64,000 nt of DNA, from NCBI GenBank assembly GCA_965153285.1, contig OZ229112.1; one strand, given 5' to 3'. How positions within the stretch are numbered: the first letter of the stretch is position 1; each line of letters starts with the position of its first letter. Both the position numbers and the translations under genes were made by a program. The notes beneath the pieces are model-generated. The model was not told where the DNA came from. It saw nothing but the letters and a program-made list of their open reading frames with translations, and made no database searches. The stretch is from Podarcis tiliguerta (lineage: Eukaryota). Of the stretch, positions 51,051 to 63,684 are shown piece after piece.

Positions 51051-54000
51051 AACATTTTAATTTGCCCCTAGAGCTCAGTACAATCAGAAAGGTTTCCATA
51101 CGTGCAAGGATCTACTCCGTGACCAAATAATCCGACAGCCTTCTCTGGGGTATATTAAAGAGATCAGGTTTCTTAAATAAAACCATATTCCTCAATAATT
51201 TATGTTCCCCTCTACACAACACATTGGGTATGGTCACCAGAGACAACATTTCACAGTGACATCATAAATACAATGCTGAAAATACCTTCCTGCTTTTAGG
51301 TTTAATATGCTGGATGATACTAATAAGTTGAGGTACTTTTCTTCACTGTCCTGTACAAATCTTTGTACAATGTAACTATGAATAATGATGTATACTATGG
51401 CATTACAGCAGGAGATTATTTTTGCAACTTCACTATCACCACTGGCAATGATCTGTTTTACAAGAAAAGATGCAATGACAGTGATTTTATCAGCCTGGTT
51501 ATGCTCTCATGATTTTAAAAATACATCATTGTATTAAAGGTTTTTGTTGTTCTTTCAAGAGGCACTGTTGATAGAAGAAAACAATTCTAGTACCACTACC
51601 AGGAATATATAATGACTGACAAAATGCAGGGGAATTATGCTGGTTTCAAACTGTTAGAATACAATTAAGTCATTACAGTCAAGTCACAGGGCATTTCTGG
51701 AAGATTAATAGCCAACCATGGAAGGTTGGTGGCTCTTGGCAATATCTTCAGTCATTACCCAGGAAAAGCCATCATTAATACATGAAAATTACCCTGCCTA
51801 CGGGCAGTCATTGCTATTATAAAATGAAAGTGTAGAGAAGGGAAAAAAATATTTTAAAAGTCTTTTTTTTAAGTTTGCAAATCCCTCAAATTTGATTGTG
51901 ACAAGTTTTCTGAAAATTAATGTCTCCTGTATTATCCAGTGCAATTGCTTTTCAACTTCCAGTTACATTTATAATTACTTATGACAAAATTAAAGTGGCA
52001 AGAAGAATACCTAATGCAGCTTGTTTTTTAATCTGTATTTATGTCCCCAGAAAATATCTAAATCTTTGATCTTCATTCTACTGAAAACACTCTAGGGGTA
52101 CATATTATTTATTCTTCATTGCCCTTTTCTCAAAGACAGCCAATAAATAGCATTGCAAATCCACATAATTATACTCTCAGAAATGAATATAAATATACAT
52201 ACATGTTTGACTGAATCTACATAGAACAGCAGATTGGAACGTATTTTGGAAAGGTACAGAGGGAGGAGAGGACAGGAGTTCCTTCTGCAATCAGAAATCC
52301 TTGCACTGATGGGACATGGATGTTGAATACAGCCCAAGGTACCTTTGGAGTAAAGGTAGCCATGTCATTAAGCCAACCCAAATGTCTTAAAGTAAGTGTG
52401 CAAGTTTCTGAGTTCTGAGAATTCTTCATCAGGAGATTAGTCAGGTTCTGACCATTTATACTTTTAGGCATTTAACTAAAACACAACTGTTTCAGAAGGC
52501 TGCTTTGGCTGAGATGGATTATAGTTTATATTTTATAGGATGTGTTTTTCACATCCTATATGATGTGTTACTGATTTTTATGTGGTGAGCTGCTTTGCGA
52601 GAGGCCATAGCTCAGCAATGGGGCACCTGCTTTGAAACTCCCAGCTTCAGCAACATTGTTCTAGCTCAGAGGCCAGCTTTGGAGACAGATGATATCCCTT
52701 CAGCCAATAGCCACCAGACACATTCCAAGTGGCACAGAGGTTCTGCAGTGATGGCTGCCCATTCCCAGAGATGGCTTCAGGGTTGAAGGGGGTAAGTCTG
52801 CTTCTGAAGCCAACAATGTTTTCTGTCGAAAGTTATGAACTCTCCAAAATTTGACAGTTCAGGAATGGTAGCATGCTTTTCAGGAAATGTTAGAATCTAC
52901 TCTGGATTACCAATTTCTGGTACCATTATTATCTAAAATTTTGCTTTTAATGTAGAAGCATATTGCTACATTTTCTATTCAACAACTGTCATGCTTAATG
53001 TATTAACAGAAGTAAAATCACTGACTAAAATCCTGTGTTGAATAATCACCATTCCACAATGAGATGAGTGTTCAACTCTCGCATTTAAGATGATCTTATC
53101 ACAGTCAAAATACCAGGCATTTGTTGTTCATTTCCACCCATGATTTCTTACTAAGCACTAGCAACCCCAGCTCTTACTCAGTTCTTCAGCTCCAATTGGG
53201 AAGACAATAAATTATCCCAACAATTGGACCATGAGCCAGCATTGTTTTTTGAAAAAGGGTTGCCCTCTTTTCTGCCCATTAGCCTTGTCTTGTCCTACCA
53301 AGATGACAGTATTCTACTGTTGTTTTAGTTTTCTACAGCTTTTTGTTAAATGTTCTAACTTCACATTTCATTCCAGCATTATAGGCATTTTTATCTTCTG
53401 TAAGTGTTTTCCATAGTGCATGCATGAATGGATGGATGGATATAAAATGTCCTTTGTGGCAAGATGCATTTTTATTTGCTATTTAATGCATGGCCAGCTA
53501 GACCATAGTATGTAACTCATGTACAAAATGATTTTGTTAGCCTTCAGTAGAACAAATACACATTGGAGGCTCTCTCTAGCTACCAAGATATGTAGGTGGT
53601 AGAAAATATCCACATGTTTAACTGACACACTGTTCACTTGTCTGTATTACAACTGGGAAGAAGAAACACAGCAGCTGTACGCATAATCAATGCATAGAGT
53701 GTGCATGGCAAAGTCACCCACCCACTCCAGCAAATATTTTACCCACTTACTGTATGGCCAGTGCAGAAGTGATTAGGAGAGGGAAGCACATCTTTTGGTA
53801 ACACGTCTAACCAACAGAACATTGGCACTATTTTGGAAAGCCTGATTCTTTTGTTTCTGACAGTATTATAAAAGAACCACATTCTATTACATGTGCATAC
53901 CAACTATATATTCAATTCCAATGACTCATTTTTCTTCCATAGGTGATGTTAATACGCAGGTCACAGTCAGCAAGAGCAATGGATCAGTTCTATGCAATCA

Positions 54001-54224
54001 GTTCCTGGCTACATTTCTGCCAAAGCAGAACGTGGAATTTCAGGTGGTTAAAAAGACCACTGGTCTAGGTAGACAAGTTCTATACATTCCCTAAAGAAGC
54101 AATTACAATGCTTGAGGATTCTCCTGTACCCAGTGTTGTATATGGAGGCACAGGTAGTTCTTGGAATGCCTTTTATCCATATAAGGTGGTTTGCCAGTTG
54201 CAACCCTTTCTGGAGAAAGTACAC

Positions 54225-54400
54225 CTGGCTGCTTATATCCAGACTAGACTACTGTAATGCTTTCTTTGCACCAGTTTGTGCAACAAATGTACACATTTGT
54301 TGCTGAGCTCAATTGAAAGTACTAGCACTAACCTTTAAAGTCCTAAACTACTGTAGGGTCACCTACATCCTTATGAACCTGCCTTGAGTGTTTTATTGTC
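54225..54400 (+). mobile_element. Old L2 ORF2 fragment
   Basis: Encodes ISRLDYCNA, followed by a degenerate FKVL.LTFK.L motif. Confidence 0.65.
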
Positions 54401-56550
54401 TATTAAAGGAATTGTCTTCAAAACTCTGAAAGGGATACATGATATCACACATGAGTTGCATGAACATCCAATTCTATCACATCTGGCACATATCCTGAAG
54501 GCATGGGAGTTGTCCTATCACATGACGTATGTGTAGTGTTAGCCATCCCTACTCATTTCTAGATGTTTTCTAAAAATATTTATTCAGGTAGGTCTTTCAA
54601 ATCTGTTATTCCTTGCCAATCGCCTCTTACTGATGTGTTTGATGTTTTTGTTGTAATAATGTGCCTTTAGTGTGTATATCACCATGTGATGTTTTAAATG
54701 AAAGTGTGGTTTATAAATATCTAATTAAATAAAATAAATAGCTCTTTGCAGCTGCTATCCAAGAGCATTTCCTTGCTGCTTGAATAGCAAAACCCAGTGA
54801 CATGCAAGCATTTATGGCTGTTTGAAAGAACTGGCTATGATTTAAAAGTTTGAAAACAATGCATAAACATTTGACTATCAACTTCCAACAGAATTGGATG
54901 CTGGAATAGTACTTAGGCTGGAATGAGAAAGTAAGTTTATTATTCATGGTAAGATTTCACAATAGTCCACTAGTATATCCTTGCTGCAGCTGCTGTAATG
55001 ACATTAGGTTCTGACTCAAAGGGATAAGCTGTTGCAAGACTCTGGCAAGCCCTTGTGAAATTTGTATGTGTGATGTTGATGAAGCATCCACCAAGCAAGA
55101 GGTTTTTTTAAAAATATAACAGGTAGTCCAACCCTGTTGTTAATTACAAAAAACAATATCCATGTATTTCAGGACTGCACTACTGAGTTTTCTATGGAAG
55201 TCATGGAAGCTTGGAAGTTCCCAGTCAGTAACAATGTCAACCATACCTTAGCTGGCAAAGTGGAAATCATCTAACATTATAGCGGAGTCAGGTGATTATG
55301 AAGTGGGCCCCATCTATCTCTCAAAATATTCCACTGAGAGTGGAGGAACCCAGGAACTGACTTGCTGGCCAGATTCCATTCCCAAGAATTTTCTGGGCCC
55401 AAACAATTCTTCCTGAGGCCTCCCTAATGTGGTCATTTCCAGTTGGGAAACAAATATTTTTAAATAACCTGGGGAAGGATTTGCAGGATAGAAACAAAGC
55501 AGGGAAGGGTTAAAAGTGTTTTTCTCATACAGTCAGATGAGTTTGCATCTGAAATATGCACTAAAAGGATCAGAATTAAAATAAATCCAAGTTTTTTATA
55601 TCTCTCCCGTGTCTTTGTTAACTTCCCATTTGAATCATGATTTGTCAAGACTGCTACATATATTTCTTTCCAATTCTATTTGCAGTTATTTAAGGTGCCA
55701 CACGTTATGTCAGATGGAATCAGATCCTTTTTTTAGGTTGATGATGCAGTTCAAAGCATGAAAGAAGATCACCTGCTTTAAAGATCACTTGCTTTAAACT
55801 AGTACATTCTTTCTTGGTGATATTTTGTCTAAAAAAAATATGACAGCTATATTACAGTGGACAGTAAGTGACACTGGCATGTACTGTTGCTGATTGCAAT
55901 GTTATGAAATACAATCACCATTAAATTTATGTTGTGCTGTACAGAAGCACATCATGTAGACATCTGTATGCATTCTACCATTTGTAGAAGTAATTGTTTT
56001 TGAAATGTATTTTTTCCATGAATTTAAGCATTCTGCTTTGATCCATGCTACAAAGAAATGTTTATTATCTTAAATTTCAATATGCTGGTGTGAACAAATT
56101 TTGATGTGACATTGCAACTAAAACATCATGTTGCCCCAAACACAAATTGTCACTTTGATATACAATGCTTCTATGTAATGAAACCTAAAATAAGAAGCAG
56201 GGGCAACTGGCTAAATACCATGAAGCATACAAAATAAAAATAGAATTTCTCACCAAGATTCCTATGTGTGTATCTTTAAACAGCAAAACAATACAGGAAC
56301 CCATGTACAATCAAATTATAATCAGCTCATAATCAGTAAATGATGTTTCAGAAACTGTATTCAATGTTATTTTTTCAACCAAAATGTCATTGACGGCCAT
56401 GCAACTTCAATAGCTGTGTTTCTACCTGCCAAATTCTGCAACATCAATTAGTCACTGAGATTCTTTTTGCCAAATAAGTGAGCCCAAATAAGTGTATGTA
56501 TTGTAAGTCACTTTGCATTTACTTTTCTTAAAAAGCAACTACTAAATGTA

Positions 56551-56595
<45 letters not shown>
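56551..56595. repeat. (AAT)15 microsatellite, probably a LINE tail
   Basis: Perfect repeat preceded by ttgtaagtcactttg..., a LINE-like terminus. Confidence 0.95.
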
Positions 56596-56596
<1 letters not shown>

Positions 56597-57287
56597 CAAG
56601 AGGTAGTATGCATATAGCAGTCGTAAGGGAACTTGAAGTGCCCCTTCTGAAAAATGTTCTATTCTTCTTCAGTAGTTAAAATCTTCCAATAGTATATTGT
56701 GTATCTTGCAAGTATTTCTTATCCCTATTAAACATGTGCCATCCACCTCCTTAAAGAATAAAAACAGCGTCCTTTACAACCACATTACTTTGGTGGCTCA
56801 TAATCATATAATCAACATCCTGATATTTCAGGCAATAGGGAGACTCAGGAATGAAAAAGTTATTGAACTGTTTGCTCAAGTATAAATCATAGATCACTGT
56901 ATCCAGAAACAAAAATCATAGTACAAGAGTAAGGGTTATATAATTCAGCAGTGTTGGTAAGGCTTCTCTCAGCTGATTGGGGAGGTAAACAGTTTTCACT
57001 GATTCCATCTTCCTCTGTTACCCTCTGAAGCTTCACTAAATCAGTTCTGCAGCATGCCCCAACCCCCTGGGTCAGATTTAGGGTCTGTGAGGGAGTACAA
57101 GGAAGAGGGGGAATCACCAAAAATTGCTTCTCTTCTCATTCCATTGATGGAAGACTTACTGTCAGCTGAGCAACACCATTGCACACAACCTTATGAGTGG
57201 AATTCAGCTAAGCTTTTATACAGAGTGAAATGAATGGATGTGACTAAGTTAGGTCCATTAATTGCAAAAGAACCTAATAAAAACTTG

Positions 57288-57631
57288 GACTGAGGAGATC
57301 TGATAGCTATCTTCAAATATCTCAAGGGCTGTCACATGAAAGAGGGAACATGCTTGTTTTCTCCTGCTCTGGAGGCTGGGCTTAAACCAATGGCTTCGTT
57401 ACAAGAAAGGAGATTCCGACTAAACATCAGGAAGAACTTTCTGACAGTAAGAGCTGTTCAACAATGGAACAGTTTCCTTCAGGACTCGGGAGGTCATGGA
57501 CACTCCTTCATTGGATGTTTTTAAGCAGAGGCTGGATGGCTATCTGTCATGGATGCTTTTGCTGAGATTCCTGCATGGCAGGGGGTTGGACTAGATGACC
57601 CTTCCAGCTCTACAATTCTATGATTCTATGA
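57288..57631 (+). mobile_element. CR1 LINE 3' end
   Basis: Encodes ...LQERRFRLNIRKNFLTVRAVQQWN..., then ggggttggactagatgacc...ttccagctctacaattctatgattctatga. Confidence 0.92.
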
Positions 57632-59257
57632 ATACCACCCTAAAACTCCAATTTCCTACATTATTTATTTATTGAATTTATATACCACGCTTCATCCGAG
57701 GATCACATCTGTAATGCACCCTGGGACCATAGGGTAAAGAGCAGATAATTAATAATAGTAATAGTAATAATAATAAGCATTAAGGCCAAATATTCCAAAA
57801 ATAAATAAAATAACTGAATTTGATGGGATTTAATATTCAGGCTATTTGCATAGACTATGTTGATTCCATAGTCTTTTTGCAGATGGCCCAGATTTGGATA
57901 CCAAGTTGTTGAAAAAATATAAATGTAAATGACTAACAGTTCTGCCAGTAAACTACTTCTATAGATTTAGATGTCACATATCAAGTTTGTGGCTCAGGTA
58001 CTGACCCCTAAATCATTGTCTAACCCAACTGAATATATGAATTTAAAAATTCAATTTCCAAATCTTCAACAAACAGTATATGAAACTAAAATTCATCTAA
58101 AGTCTGGGAAGGATGTATTTAACATAGTGTGAAATTTAAAGCTTGTTTAAGCTTTGTGGGTGTTTTTTAATCAATTCCTGGAATTGCATCAAGTATTTTC
58201 TCCACTCCCACAAATTTCATTCTAATACTCCAGAGGAGGCAGTGTGTAGTCTGGTTTTTTAAGGGCTACTATATATCTTTTGGGTATGTTTTCCTGAACT
58301 AAAACCATTCAAACTTGTAAGATCCAGTGCTCTAAAATACTGTTTTCTTCATACAGACCTAATACTTTTGAAAAGACCTCTAGGAGGAAAAAAAAGCATA
58401 GTTCAGCTAACAGAAAAATAAGTAACATATGATGCAACAAGCTAAATATCAAATTAACTCCAGGTTTCTGACCACAAAGTCTCCAAACAACTTTAAAAAG
58501 TCAAATTACAGAGTAGCATATTGTCTGAGGTGCAAGATGTGCTGGAATTCTACATTTTAACTGCCATCTGGAAATCCTGTATACGTCTTAACTATCTCAT
58601 GACCCCAAATGCCCTGAACATGGTTGACAGGCATATATATCAAAATATCCAAAAGTGCCATTTGGTACTATCACAGTTTTTATTACACAGTATTGTTTAT
58701 TAAATGTAATGCCTCCCCACTGAAGAAAGGACAGAATAACTGTTCCCCATATTGTGCCAAATTCTGAATGTGTGCTTAGATTGGCTTGGAACAAAATGGC
58801 AGCTTTGAACAAATGAAATAGTCGCAGATACATCGTAGGGGTGTGGAACTTGTATATTGCTCAATACCAAGCCTGTTAAATACAATCCTTTTCATAATCC
58901 TCCCACAACTTCATCCTACCAAGTAGGCAGGAGGTAATTGTGGGGTCACTCAAAGAGCGACAGGATATAAGGACAGACAGGGAACAGCAGCAAACTGTTA
59001 CTCAGATAAAAAAAAGGTTCCCTAGAGTGTATTTCATACAATGCCTTCTATTCTATAAGGTGTTCAGATATATCCCTCAGGAAGGGCTGACCTTGCAATC
59101 CTCTCCTTTGATTAAAGTTTATCTGGATCACTCAAAATATACAATGCTTCAAGGATGACAGAGATGTAATTGTGAGTAACAAGGAAGGCTGGTAATATTG
59201 GTGGAAATGTTATGGTGCCTTATCACATCCTTGTTTCTGTATCACCATCATCTATAG

Positions 59258-59375
59258 CTGGTGTGATGACTAGAGTGTTGACCTAGGACTGGGGAGATCC
59301 AAGATAAAGTCTCCACAAATCTCAGCAAGGGATCTTGAGCCAAACCTCTCAGTGTTAACCTACCTCTCAGAGTTA
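59258..59375 (+). mobile_element. Degenerate tRNA-headed (MIR/CORE-like) SINE
   Basis: ggtgtgatgactagagtgttgacctaggactggggagatcc...aacctacctctcagagtt. Confidence 0.5.
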
Positions 59376-59384
59376 ATCAGTCAA

Positions 59385-59880
59385 TTATTCATGTATTTAT
59401 TGTTCTTTTACCTTACTGCTCCTCCTAAAAGAACGCAGAGAGGCAACCACAATCTTAAAACACAGTATGAATATAAAACATGATTAAAATTACCAACAGA
59501 ACAATATCAACCTTTAAATCACAATTCAGCAAACAACATTTGACCTCTGTTAAAGTGAATCACTAACTACCAATTGCTGATGATGTGTGGGACAACTGGA
59601 TATCAGGTGGGAAGGAGCTCATAGCCAGAGGGCTGTCACTGACAAAGTCCTGCCTTGTGCCATTAACAGACAGGTTTCCCTCACCTGTGGGACCACAAGC
59701 AGATCTTAAAGCACCAGATCAGATGGTATTGGAAGAGGCACTCCTTCAGGTTGTATAGAGCCATGTGCACAAATATCAACACCATGAATCACGCAGTTAG
59801 TTCTAAGAAGAACAGTTCTAAGAAGGGGCATAATATCCCTTATTGCTGCCCCATATAACAATCTTGCAGTGGCAAATAAT
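59385..59880 (-). mobile_element. Old L2 LINE 3' end
   Basis: Reverse L2 tail plus gggaaggagctcatagccagagggctgtcactgacaaagtcc and ggcactccttcagg motifs. Confidence 0.5.
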
Positions 59881-59969
59881 TAGAACAAAAATAAGGGGAA
59901 CCATTTACTCCACCCTGAAGCCTTTGAAGATGGACTATAAATGCAAAATTTGATTTGAAGTAATTTTTT

Positions 59970-60095
59970 TTAATGAAATGATTTTAAAATGTTGTGTTAT
60001 TTTATTGTTGTTAGCCGCCCTGAGCCCAGCTTCAGCTGGGGAAGGTGGGATATAAATAAAAATTTATTATTATTATTAAAAAATAAAAATAATAA
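59970..60095 (+). mobile_element. L2 LINE 3' tail
   Basis: tgttagccgccctgagcccagcttcagctggggaaggtgggatataaataaa. Confidence 0.75.
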
Positions 60096-62828
60096 ATGCA
60101 TAATTTCTCTATGCCAGTAAGTGAATTTCTTTCCTTGCTCTTGACTACCTCTCTTTTCATAACCACCCAGATAAATTACATGCAAAGTAGACTTATCTAT
60201 TACAGTACAGGCATTAAAAACATATGGCATAGTGGTGAGGAGTCACTACTAGAATAACCAATTGCCACCAGAAGCAAAAATTGTGATTTTTTTTCTCAAT
60301 AAAAACATGGCATACATAACAGGATTGCTATAGTTCTAATCCCTACCCAGCATTCTAGATTTAAGACTGCAGAAGATAGTGGCAGACTATACAGACTGAG
60401 CTATACAGTCTGGCTGTTTGTTTCAGTGGGATGTGAATGACATCGGGTTTCTCTAATGCTCTTCTTGGACAAATCATAGCAACATTAACATCCTCATCTG
60501 CTTGCTTCCATGGGATCGTGGCAATATTCCAACTCTCAAATGCATCAGCAATGTCCAGGTTCTACTTAAAAGTCTGGCTGTTCTTACTAAGGTCAAGGTT
60601 ACCCAGAGACCTCAATGCTCCAGAGTTACTTCTGTAGCGCCATCTCCCCCTCCCCTTTTCTTGTTCACCTTTTTTTATGAAAACCATTACTCTACATAGT
60701 TCTCAACCCCAATGGAAATAAAGTTGATGCACATACAATTACACCTGTTCATATTGAACTGCAGAATTTCCCCTTCTTCCCTTCTCTTCTCTAGCACTGG
60801 TTATCCCTCAATGCTTACATTTACACTCAAAGGTCCTCAACACAAGGACCTGTATTATCTCAGGCTTGGGTTTGCTCTTTGAAGTATTGTGTATGATGAT
60901 AGTGGTCCCCTATAAATAATAAGGTGAGAAAAATGGTAAAATATGTATTTCTATAGCTGCAAATTACCTCCTCGTCTGAACACTAAATGGCAACAGCAAT
61001 GGATATGTGCACCAATGTATTTTAAATGTGCTATTTTAAAATGTGACTGACTGCTCTCTGTTTTCCAGTGAGTCTATTTCCAAATGTAGTCAACCTGTCT
61101 GAGTTCTCCCCATAGTTTATTATAACTCTATTTAGAATCTGAGAAGACACAAGCAGCCCTATCCTTTGCACAGATCAAAAAAGTTTCCACTTTAGGTGCT
61201 CATTCTATATTGTTTAAAACCTATCGTTCTTGTTGTTTTGTAATGTTTTTAAAACATTGTTAAAACATTATGGTATGTTTATAAATTACCTTGAGATGCA
61301 TGTAAAATGCAATTGATAAATTACTAAACAATAATAATGAAAGGCAAGTTCCACTGATTTCAATGGTGCTTATTCCTAATCATTTGACAGGCCTCATTAA
61401 TCTTCCAGAGTGTTAAAATTAGCATTAAGGAGCCAGATATTTGAGGTTTCCTAAAGGGCACATACAACCTATAAGTTTAAGGATGATATCCAACTAAGTG
61501 GAAAGTTACTTAAGTCCATTCCCCCCCCCCTCACTTAGTTGGCTTAGTTGGCTATTGACCATAGCATCTGGTCCTCTAATGCAAAATGTGGGATGGGCAG
61601 AAAATCCTCAGATGAGTCTGAATGTTTTAATTACTTTCAGATTTCTACATTAAAGTCATGAACAGGCCTTGTTATTTTTAGTCAGATCCCTCCACCCCCA
61701 ACACAGCCATTTTCTAACCTTACCACAAACTTTTCTCTTCAAAGAGAAGAGTACTCTTTGAAAAGCACTCTTTCTCTTTAGCTAAAGCTAAAGCCTATAT
61801 ACAATTACTTCAATATTGTAAGACTTTATTCATGCTGTATGTCTTTTGGAGCCATTTCTTATGCTAATTAATATGACTCTCATGTTATCCTCTTAAGTGA
61901 TTTTTCTCTTTTTCCAATTGATCATATTGCAGAGTAAGAAAAAAGAAGTATACAATGCAACATTCACCTAGCCCAAACCCTAGGTGCTTACACCATATTT
62001 GAGGAGTTATTCCCCATCACCACAATAGTAAGTCATAACAACCTCACTATTTCATGGAACTACCCATCGCATACAATAGCCTGAAGTATTTGGGAAGATG
62101 CAGTTTGCAAGTAAAACCTGACAATGGTCTAGCAATAAGCAGAAAAGAGACTGTTCCCTAGAGACACAGGTTCAGTTCTCCACTTCATAAGCATCACTTT
62201 CTAATAATATTTATAATAATAATAATAAAATGCCAGCACTGGGGACTCTCAGTTGGAAGGCTTATATTCAGAACCTCAAAGCCGCCTGAAAAAACTGGTG
62301 TCAGTTGTGACTCTTGGAGGGACGTGGCCTTGAATGTGTGTCCCGTCAAGTCGTCCACACGTGGTGCCAAGAAGCCCCTCGGTCTGAAAAATCAGATTTG
62401 CAACAGGCGCGTTTTGAAGAAATCAAACGCTCTCCAAGGGACCGAAAAAGCAGGGCGGTGGGGGGGGGGGCGAAGGAGCGTAAAGGGAGCCTGACTCCAC
62501 TTTGCCCTTCTGCAGCGTGGAAGCCCAGCAGCTGCCTGCATAACAGCGTGACCAGAAGAGGGGAAACTTGGAGCCGGGCTGCCTTTCACAGCTCTCCCAA
62601 GTGCCTCTTCAGCCCATCTGTGGGAGATGCTACAGTGAAACACCAACCATTTGCTGCTTCTCTTCATTTACTGACGTGGAGGGAAGACTCAGAAGAAGCA
62701 GGCGAGAGATGAGGAGAAAGAAGAAGCGGGCTGGGGAGGGAGAGCAACCGAAGTGTGTCTGTGTGTGTTTACCAGAAGCCCCTCACAGCTCTAGGGAACT
62801 AGCTCCATGCCGGCAAACTTTACTGTAC

Positions 62829-62961
62829 CTCGTTGCTGAGGCGCTGCCTGTTGCTGCTGCTGCTGCTGCTGGTGGTGCTGCGGCGGCTGAAGAACTTGAG
62901 CGCCGCACCGGCTCAGTAAGGCGGCCAGGACCAAGAGAGGAGGCAGAGCGGGTCGCGTCAT
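62829..62961 (-). CDS. LAMA2: Laminin subunit alpha-2, coding exon 1 (signal peptide + Q-rich N-terminus; 44 codons + 1 nt)
   Basis: Minus strand reads ggagcaATG ACG CGA...CAG CAA CGA G|gtacag = MTRPALPPLLVLAALLSRCGAQVLQPPQHHQQQQQQQQAAPQQR-G. It has a hydrophobic signal peptide with a C-G-A cleavage site, G at -3, and no other minus-strand ATG in the ~450 bp upstream. It lies in a CpG island and ends at a phase-1 donor. Human LAMA2 starts ...VQAQRPQQQRQSQAHQQR|GLFPAV with the same phase-1 break and a very long intron 1. LAMA1 also ends QR|G but lacks the Q-rich linker. Confidence 0.88.
62848..62871 (-). repeat. Coding (CAG)6 CAA CAG repeat = Gln8
   Basis: Plus strand ctg ttg (ctg)6, in frame in exon 1. 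Confidence 0.9.
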
Positions 62962-63404
62962 TGCTCCTCCTCAGCGGCAGACGCCGCGCGCTCTCGCTCT
63001 CTCCCGGCTAGCGAAATGAGTTTCAAGAGAAGAGACGCTGCCTGAGAGGGAGAGAGGCGTCGAAGCCGCTGCCACAAGGGAGGGCGCCACGGAAGGATAC
63101 GCCCCTGTCCCGCTCTGCGCGCTCCCTCAGCCTGGCCCGTTCTCCTCAATCAGGCACCGGCCAAGGGCCTGAGGAGATCACGGGACAATGAACAATCGGG
63201 GAAGCCTTCCAAGGACGGAGGAGGCTTTGAGGGAATGAAGAGGGCAGCGAGCGACGCGCGCGCCCGGGGTGGAGGTTGCGGAACAGCGACAAGGTCTTGG
63301 CCAGAAAGCGTGAGGAGGAACAACAACAACGGACTGGAAAACAACAGGAATGGGAACTTTTAACAGTAGAAATTAATTAATTGAATATAATAATTAATAA
63401 TACT

Positions 63405-63527
63405 GTTATGGGGTACTCTCATTTTCCTACTCATATTGAAATACTGCCCCTCAATGAGGCCAAACTTATATTCACAAAATGTTTAGGGCATGCGTATCCC
63501 TGCGTACCCCTCCAGAAAAAAACACTG
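63405..63527. mobile_element. Truncated lacertid non-autonomous DNA transposon remnant
   Basis: Right end ...tgcgtatccctgcgtacccctccagaaaaaaacactg, with internal repeated ggggta motifs. The left TIR is missing. Family recognised from recall. Confidence 0.45.

Positions 63528-63566
<39 letters not shown>
63528..63566. repeat. (ATA)13 microsatellite upstream of LAMA2
   Basis: Directly visible. Confidence 0.95.
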
Positions 63567-63568
<2 letters not shown>

Positions 63569-63684
63569 CAGGACCTCACCTCAGTGGAAGAAGTTTCACA
63601 GGACGACCTAGAACTTGCTTCGCCGTCAGCAACTCCAGGCACTGAACTGGACCAATGAATGAGATGCGGATTTGAAGAGGTATA

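Larger units (their letters stand above)
1..62828 (-). other. LAMA2: 5' portion of LAMA2 intron 1 (continues beyond window start)
   Basis: Begins at the GT donor at 62828-62827. No exon encoding the LN-domain start (GLFPAVLNLAS..NATCGE) was found. The sequence is dominated by TEs and non-coding DNA. Confidence 0.8.
62300..63345. promoter_or_regulatory. CpG island / TATA-less promoter and 5' UTR of LAMA2
   Basis: Abrupt rise in GC and CpG density (e.g. gcgacgcgcgcgcccggg, acgccgcgcg) against a CpG-depleted background. It spans the first coding exon. Confidence 0.85.

Noticed and set aside
303-62300. Remaining 60-125 aa ORFs in the track
   Set aside because: No recognisable domains, many non-ATG starts, low-complexity or TE-derived; consistent with random ORFs in intronic DNA.
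62568-63011. 147-aa plus-strand ORF with poly-Ala, and other ORFs in the CpG island
   Set aside because: Starts at TTG. It is the antisense shadow of the LAMA2 CAG repeat, and GC-rich DNA is poor in stop codons.
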